Part shown: positions 23,775-29,306 of the stretch, in pieces
How positions within the stretch are numbered: position 1 is the first letter of the stretch
Layout of the letters: every line of letters starts with the position of its first letter
Assembly: GCF_001017655.1 (NCBI RefSeq)
Contig: NZ_CP010904.1
Span: 1,380,001-1,412,000, forward strand
Length of the DNA: 32,000 nucleotides
Origin: Kiritimatiella glycovorans
GTDB lineage: Bacteria > Verrucomicrobiota > Kiritimatiellia > Kiritimatiellales > Kiritimatiellaceae
Reading direction: 5' to 3'
The notes under the pieces: model-generated
Databases searched by the model: none
What the model was told of the DNA's origin: nothing
Seen by the model: only the letters and a program-made list of their open reading frames with translations
Program-made: the position numbers and the translations under genes

Positions 23775-25724
23775 ATGGACTTCTTTCAGTTCCAGGAGGA
23801 TGCGCGTCGCCGAAGCGGGCTGCTGGTAGGCTGCTACCTGGCGGCGATGGCGCTGATCATCACCGCCGTTTACGCGGCGTTCACGCTGGTCCTGTATTTC
23901 GCGCTCAGCGGCGAACAGGATCACGCGAGCACGGTGCGCTGGACCTGGTGGAATCCTGAACTCTTCCTCGGGGTCACGGGGATTACCCTGCTGATCGTGC
24001 TGGCCGGCACGGCGTATAAGATCGTCCAGCTCTCGCGCGGCGGCGCAGCCGTGGCGACGATGCTCGGAGGACGCGAGGTGCGCCCGGACACGAACGACCC
24101 GAACGAACGCAAACTGCGCCATGTCGTCGAGGAAATGGCGATCGCTTCCGGCACCCCCGTTCCGGAGATCTATGTGCTCGACCAGGAGCCGGGCATCAAC
24201 GCCTTCGCGGCCGGATTCAAGACGGGCGACGCCGTGGTGGCGGTGACGAGAGGCGCCATCACGCATCTCGACCGCGGCGAACTGCAGGGCGTGATCGGCC
24301 ACGAGTTCAGTCATATCCTGAACGGCGACATGCGGCTGAACCTGCGCCTGACCGGGGTGCTCCACGGCATCCTGGTGATCGGTCTCATCGGCGTCTTCAT
24401 CCTGCGCTCGCTGGTCTTCGCCCGGGGGCGATCGCGAAAAGACGCGCGCGTGATCATGGCCGCGGCGGTGGCGGGGGCCACGCTGGCGGCGATCGGATTT
24501 ATCGGCGTGTTCTTCGGGCGCATCATCAAAAGCGCCATCTCCAGACAGCGAGAGCATCTCGCCGATTCCTCGGCGATCCAGTTCACGCGCAATCCCGACG
24601 GACTGGCCGGCGCACTCAAAAAGATCGGCGGGGCCTCGTACGGCTCCCGGGTCGACCACGCACATGCGGAGGAGGCGAGTCACTTCTTTTTCGCCAACGG
24701 TCTCTCCTCCCGGATGGCGGGGCTGCTCTCGACCCACCCTCCCCTGGCGGAGCGCATCAGGAAAATCGATCCCTCGTTCGACGGCGTCTTCCCGGAAGTA
24801 CAGGTTGAATCGGCCCCGTCCTACGTGGAGGGGGTGTCCGGCCTGGCCGGCGAAATCGCGCAGGAAAAGCAGCGCGCGAAGCTGGCGGTCGCCCCGGCGG
24901 CGATGGTCTACGGCGTCGGCACGCCCCGGCCGGAACACGTGGAGTATGCCCGCGAGCTGATCGCCTCGCTGCCCGAGTCGCTGTCCGCGGCGGCCCGCGA
25001 ACCGTTCGGCGCCCGCGCGGTGCTGTACGCCCTTCTGCTCAACGACGAATCCGGCGCCCGGGACAAGCAGATGGACCGCCTGGCCCGGCACGCCGATCCC
25101 GCCGTTTTCGAGGAGACGCGCCGTCTCGCCGACGCGGCGGCGAGCCTCGAAGCCGAACATCGTCTGCCGCTGGCGGACCTCGCCATCGCCTCCCTGAAAG
25201 AACTGTCCCCGGCGCAGTTCCGCGACTTCCGGGATAACATCCGGCATCTCATCCACGCCGACGAGGCGGTCGATCTGTTTGAATACACGCTTTCGCGCAT
25301 GATCCTGCGCCACCTCAAGCCGAAGTTCGAAAAGGTCGAAAAACGGACGGTCAAGTGGCACGGAATCCGGCCGCTGCTCCCGGATATCGCCGCCCTGCTC
25401 TCCTGCCTCGCCTGCTGGGGGGCCGACTCCCGGGAAGACGCGGAGGCGGCCTTTGAAACCGCGGCGGGGCAGTTGAAAGAAGACGGGCTGGACATGGCCG
25501 CCCCCGATCAATGCGGCCTGGACCCGCTCGACCGCGCCCTCGACCGGCTGCGCCTCGCCGCGCCCCCAATCAAGAAACGCGTACTCGCCGCCTGTATCGC
25601 CTGTGTCGCCGCCGACGGCACCGTGACGCACGAAGAGGCGGAACTGCTGCGCGCGGTCGCCGACTCGCTCGAATGTCCCGTTCCGCCGCTGCTTCCGGGA
25701 GAATCGCTGAACGGGGCGGGCTGA
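23775..25724 (+). CDS. Membrane M48-family zinc metallopeptidase (HtpX/Ste24-like) with a long C-terminal extension ending in a TerB-like module
   Basis: There are four predicted TM helices. The HExxH motif is HEFSH at 24300-24314, and the downstream third-ligand block is SRQREHLADSSA. A ~300-aa soluble tail ends in KKRVLAACIACVAADGTVTHEEAELLRAVADSL, which is TerB-like. There is a 2-nt gap after lemA. Confidence 0.85.
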   Translation: MDFFQFQEDARRRSGLLVGCYLAAMALIITAVYAAFTLVLYFALSGEQDHASTVRWTWWNPELFLGVTGITLLIVLAGTAYKIVQLSRGGAAVATMLGGREVRPDTNDPNERKLRHVVEEMAIASGTPVPEIYVLDQEPGINAFAAGFKTGDAVVAVTRGAITHLDRGELQGVIGHEFSHILNGDMRLNLRLTGVLHGILVIGLIGVFILRSLVFARGRSRKDARVIMAAAVAGATLAAIGFIGVFFGRIIKSAISRQREHLADSSAIQFTRNPDGLAGALKKIGGASYGSRVDHAHAEEASHFFFANGLSSRMAGLLSTHPPLAERIRKIDPSFDGVFPEVQVESAPSYVEGVSGLAGEIAQEKQRAKLAVAPAAMVYGVGTPRPEHVEYARELIASLPESLSAAAREPFGARAVLYALLLNDESGARDKQMDRLARHADPAVFEETRRLADAAASLEAEHRLPLADLAIASLKELSPAQFRDFRDNIRHLIHADEAVDLFEYTLSRMILRHLKPKFEKVEKRTVKWHGIRPLLPDIAALLSCLACWGADSREDAEAAFETAAGQLKEDGLDMAAPDQCGLDPLDRALDRLRLAAPPIKKRVLAACIACVAADGTVTHEEAELLRAVADSLECPVPPLLPGESLNGAG

Positions 25725-25819
25725 TCCGCATCATACAGTCCCCCTCCCCGCGGATGGCCGATGAGCGTGTGGCCGACTCCCGACTTCCTGAGTTCCACAT
25801 GGGGACCCCCGGGGGAATA

Positions 25820-25860
25820 TCGTACGCGTACTCAGCGAAGCGGTACTCGTACGCGTACTC
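25820..25860. repeat. Two copies of TCGTACGCGTACTC (27-bp period), each containing the 10-bp perfect palindrome GTACGCGTAC
   Basis: The copies are at 25820-25833 and 25847-25860, with palindromes at 25822-25831 and 25849-25858. An extra GTACTC lies at 25843-25848. The repeat sits in the intergenic space between the convergent M48 and yoeB genes. Confidence 0.6.
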
Positions 25861-26069
25861 GGCCCCTGCCTTTTCTACTCCTGAGAGGGAACATTATCGG
25901 AGCAAGGCCCGCCATCCACTAAACATCCTGTAGATCCACTTTTTCCCGCCGGGACCCCCTGATTCAAAACTCACTTCAATGTTCACCGGAGGGTTCGATC
26001 GCGTTTTCGGGCCATGCAGAACTCAGGAAACGGGGTCCGCCCGGATTCAAAACCGTTTTATCCCAAGCC

Positions 26070-26333
26070 TTACTCGTAGTGGGTCCACATCCGGATGACC
26101 TTGACCGTGTTGATATCACTTAGAACTTGATACACGAGACGATGCTGAATGTTAATGCGTCGCGAGCACGCGCCAGCGAAGTCGCCAACGAGTCTCTCGA
26201 ATGGTGGAGGAGACTGAAATGGGTCTTCCTCCAAGATCTCGAGAAGTTGCTTTGCTTTATCTTTCAATCCGGAGGATGCAAGCTTGCGAGCATCCTTTTT
26301 GGCTTGCCTGGTGTAAATGAGTTTCCAGCTCAC
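26070..26333 (-). CDS. yoeB: YoeB/Txe-family type II toxin (RelE superfamily mRNA interferase)
   Basis: WKLIYTRQAKKDARKL...SRRINIQHRLVYQV...VIRMWTHYE resembles E. coli YoeB (...SRRITEEHRLVY.V...HY). There is an ATGA overlap with the antitoxin gene. G+C is lower than in the flanks. Confidence 0.85.
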   Translation of the reverse strand: MSWKLIYTRQAKKDARKLASSGLKDKAKQLLEILEEDPFQSPPPFERLVGDFAGACSRRINIQHRLVYQVLSDINTVKVIRMWTHYE

Positions 26334-26572
26334 CAGTCGAGGTCCTCTTCACACTGCTCAACAGACGTCTTCATGCCATCCACTATAGAATCTCTCATTC
26401 CCGGGATGGAATCCAGGTGAAGCGTCTCCTGTATGGCTCGCCAATCATCTTCGGCAACGAGGACTGCAGAATGCCGCTTGCCTGCGATCTGGATCGGATC
26501 GTGGGACTGCGAAACGTCATCAAGTAGCGTGTAAAGTTGCTTTCTGGCTTCTGTTGCGGTCAGCGTAGTCAT
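26330..26572 (-). CDS. yefM: Phd/YefM-family type II antitoxin
   Basis: MTTLTATEARKQLYTLLDDVSQSHDPIQIAGKRHSAVLVAEDDWRAIQETLHL is a Phd/YefM N-domain. The ATG at 26572 has a perfect AAGGAGG with a 6-nt spacer. The track start at 26605 lies inside the operator. Confidence 0.85.
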   Translation of the reverse strand: MTTLTATEARKQLYTLLDDVSQSHDPIQIAGKRHSAVLVAEDDWRAIQETLHLDSIPGMRDSIVDGMKTSVEQCEEDLDW

Positions 26573-26593
26573 CTGTCCCCTCCTTTTGATCAC

Positions 26594-26622
26594 AACGTAC
26601 GACATAGCGTACGCTTTATCAA
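26594..26622 (-). promoter_or_regulatory. Putative yefM-yoeB promoter/operator: paired long and short palindromes between -35-like and -10-like hexamers
   Basis: The minus strand reads TTGATA-a-AGCGTACGCT-atgt-CGTACG-tt. The 10-bp perfect palindrome is at 26606-26615 and the 6-bp palindrome at 26596-26601, with centres exactly 12 bp apart. The TTGATA hexamer (26617-26622) is followed by a 17-nt spacer and then TACGTT (26594-26599). Confidence 0.45.
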
Positions 26623-26648
26623 CTCTACATTTTCAGATCTGCAGGATT

Positions 26649-27674
26649 TCAGGTCTCATCGACGACCTCCCGGAACGCGCGCATATTCTCTTCCGGCGTA
26701 TCGGCGGGGAGCGCACAACCGCTGTTGAGCACAAAGCGCGGCGTGTCTGAGAACAGATCCATGAGCCTGCGCGCCTCGCAGCGGACGCGCTCCGGAGTTC
26801 CGCGTGCCAGTACACCGCTGGGATCTACGTTGCCCCAGAAAGCCACCGACGTGCCGCTCAAAGTGTCGTGGATACGCTGCACGTCCGTCTGGTAGTCCAG
26901 TTCGACGGCATCGATCGGTCGCCCCGCGAACTGGTCGAGAATCGCTCCCGTATCCCCGCAGATATGCAGCAGGTACGGCATCCCCTGCTCGTGAGCGTGT
27001 TCGGCGGCGAGGTCCTCGTAAGGGCGTGCGAATTCCCCGTACATTTCCGGGGAAATCATGGCCGGGCCGGCGGGACTGTCGCCGCTCGAAACCATGTGCG
27101 CGCCGGCCCCGGCCATCAAATCGATGAATCGGCAGGTGGCGCGGGTACAGATTTCCAGCAGTCGATGCACCGCCTCGTGGTTCTCCTCATCGACCAGATC
27201 CATCATCCACGCCTGCGGCGAACGCAGCATGCTGGCGGCCGAGAACGGGGCCTGGTCGATGTTGCCGCGCAGATACTTCTCATCGCCGAAGTGTTCCTTG
27301 AGCCGCCGCATCGTCTCGAGCCACACTTGGAGGTGTTCGTTTTCGCCGATCCGCTCCGGCTCAAGGCGCTCAAGATCATCAAGCGTCCGCAGCAGTCCGT
27401 GTTCGCATCGCGCCGGCTCGTGTTCGGGGAAATCGATCGGTACGCCCAGGGCTCCTGCCGTCGTGGCGGTGTCGATGTCCATCAGCACGCCGTCGAGATC
27501 GTATTTCTCCGTAATGCGAATAAAGGCGTCGGCGGCCTTGCGCGGGTCCGTACCAAACTCGCGCATGGTGTATCCGGCTTCGCGCGCGGCCGCCATGAAA
27601 TTGTGCAGAAAGACCGGCACCCGGTCCGTGGGTTCGCCGCGCTGAGCGGCACGAACACGTTCATACCCGTTCAC
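26649..27674 (-). CDS. URO-D superfamily protein of the MtaA/CmuA-like (zinc-dependent methyltransferase-like) type; not a bona fide HemE
   Basis: The fold pattern is uroporphyrinogen-decarboxylase-like: RVPVF...DLDGV...FWGNVDP. It lacks the HemE RQAGRY motif. It carries LLHICGD plus a downstream NSGCALP, an H-x-C...C arrangement with 81 residues between the two Cys. Confidence 0.75.
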   Translation of the reverse strand: MNGYERVRAAQRGEPTDRVPVFLHNFMAAAREAGYTMREFGTDPRKAADAFIRITEKYDLDGVLMDIDTATTAGALGVPIDFPEHEPARCEHGLLRTLDDLERLEPERIGENEHLQVWLETMRRLKEHFGDEKYLRGNIDQAPFSAASMLRSPQAWMMDLVDEENHEAVHRLLEICTRATCRFIDLMAGAGAHMVSSGDSPAGPAMISPEMYGEFARPYEDLAAEHAHEQGMPYLLHICGDTGAILDQFAGRPIDAVELDYQTDVQRIHDTLSGTSVAFWGNVDPSGVLARGTPERVRCEARRLMDLFSDTPRFVLNSGCALPADTPEENMRAFREVVDET

Positions 27675-27678
27675 AGGA

Positions 27679-29292
27679 TCACCCCACTCCCCACGATGAA
27701 AACACCACCCAGATCGCGAGCACCGTCACCAGCAGAAGCACGCTGGCCGCGATTACCAGCGGACTCGCCTTTTCCCTGACCTCGCCCTCGACGCCCGTCG
27801 CCAGCGTAAGCCCCCGCAACCGTTCGCGATCCGGGGCCGGGGTGAGGAGACTCACCAGCACCAGGACGACCGAACAGAAGGCGAACAGCACGCCCGCGAA
27901 ATGCAGAAAGTTCATCTCTACCAGCGAGCGCAGCGGGCCCGGGCCGAGCGCACCTGCGTTCAGTTCGAGCACGAGCCGAGCCGTTCCCAGGACAAAGCCG
28001 GTCAGCAGCGCCGCCAGGGCGCCGCGGCCGTTCACGCGCGGCGAGAAGAGTCCAACCAGAAACACCGCGGTAATCGGGGGGGATATATAGGCCTGAACAC
28101 TCTGAAGGTATTTGTAGAGTTCGCCTGAGACGAGCTTCATCAACGGGATCCAGGCGAGGCCGCAGAGGATCAGAAAACCGGTCGCTACCCGCCCCACCCG
28201 GACCAGGCTTCGTTCCGTGGCATCCGGCTTGAGCTTCTTGTAGATATCGAAGGTGATCAGGGTCGAGCAGGAATTAAAGACGGAGGCGAGCGAGCTGGTC
28301 AGTGCTGCCAGAAGTCCGGCCACCACGAGCCCCCGGAATCCCACCGGGAGGAGCGCCGCCACCATCGTCGGCAGTGCGGCATCGGCATCCTCCAGTTCCA
28401 GCATGCCTTTCTGCGCCAAGGCATGGGCGATGATACCCGGGATGACGAACAGGAAGAGGGGGAGTATTTTCAGAAATCCCCCGAATACGGTGCCGCCGCG
28501 CGCGTGATGAAAGTTTCGCGCGGAGAGGACGCGCTGCACGATAAACTGGTCGGTGCACCAGTACCACACGCCGAGAATCGGCACGCCGATCACGAGACCG
28601 GTCCAGGGAAAATCTGGATTGGTCCACATATTAAAGAAGGATCGTCCCGCCGTGGCGTGGACCTCACTCCATCCGCCGGCCTTATCGAGACCGAACAGGG
28701 TGACCGTCAGCGATCCGGCGATAATCACAAAGATCTGGATGAAGTCGGTATAGAGGACCGCACGCAACCCGCCCAGCAGGGTGTAGATCCCCGTGATCGC
28801 CACCACGGCCACCGCTCCGGCCCAGAAATTGATCCCCATGATCGCTTCGAAGACGATCCCGCCGGCCGCGATGGTAACGGAGATCTTGGTCAGGACATAG
28901 GCGATGATCGAAATGATCGAAAGGTACCACCGGGATCCGGCCGAGTAGCGGCGCTCAAGGAACTCGGGCATCGTGAACACCCCGTTGCGGAGATAGAACG
29001 GCACGAAGAGCCAGCCGAGCAGCAGTAGAATCAGTGAAGCGGCGATCTCGAACTGCCCCACCGCGACCCCCGAGGCCGCCCCGGTCCCGGCGAGCCCGAC
29101 GAGATGTTCCGATCCGATATTCGCCGCGAAGAGCGAAGCCCCGATGACCCACCATCCCGCATCGCGTCCGGAGAGAAAAAACGAGGCCGAATCCATCGCC
29201 TGTTTCCGCCGCGCCCGCATACTGATCCACGTCGCGAATCCCAGGATGAACGCAAAGTATCCGGTCACCAGAACCCAGTCGATCCAGTGCAT
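27679..29292 (-). CDS. Sodium:solute symporter (SSS/SGLT family)
   Basis: This 537-aa protein is polytopic. FFLSGRDAGWWVIGASLFAANIGSEHLVGLAGTGAASG is the typical SSS N-terminal signature, and about 13-14 hydrophobic segments are visible. Confidence 0.9.
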   Translation of the reverse strand: MHWIDWVLVTGYFAFILGFATWISMRARRKQAMDSASFFLSGRDAGWWVIGASLFAANIGSEHLVGLAGTGAASGVAVGQFEIAASLILLLLGWLFVPFYLRNGVFTMPEFLERRYSAGSRWYLSIISIIAYVLTKISVTIAAGGIVFEAIMGINFWAGAVAVVAITGIYTLLGGLRAVLYTDFIQIFVIIAGSLTVTLFGLDKAGGWSEVHATAGRSFFNMWTNPDFPWTGLVIGVPILGVWYWCTDQFIVQRVLSARNFHHARGGTVFGGFLKILPLFLFVIPGIIAHALAQKGMLELEDADAALPTMVAALLPVGFRGLVVAGLLAALTSSLASVFNSCSTLITFDIYKKLKPDATERSLVRVGRVATGFLILCGLAWIPLMKLVSGELYKYLQSVQAYISPPITAVFLVGLFSPRVNGRGALAALLTGFVLGTARLVLELNAGALGPGPLRSLVEMNFLHFAGVLFAFCSVVLVLVSLLTPAPDRERLRGLTLATGVEGEVREKASPLVIAASVLLLVTVLAIWVVFSSWGVG

Positions 29293-29306
29293 GAAACCAC
29301 TTCCTT

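Noticed and set aside
23649-25631. A 660-aa ORF on the minus strand, the largest ORF in this part of the track.
   Set aside because: It lies exactly antisense to the M48 peptidase gene, which has HEFSH, SRQREHLAD and four TM helices. The antisense product is low-complexity (R/G/A/D-rich) with no motifs.
25951-26054. An imperfect ~20-nt direct repeat, CGGGACCCCCTGATTCAAAAC (25951-25971) and CGGGGTCCGCCCGGATTCAAAAC (26032-26054), considered as possible insertion-site duplications of the TA islet.
   Set aside because: Both copies lie on the same side of the TA cassette, so they cannot be flanking target-site or att repeats. Only a 10-nt core (GATTCAAAAC) is exact, which is weak.
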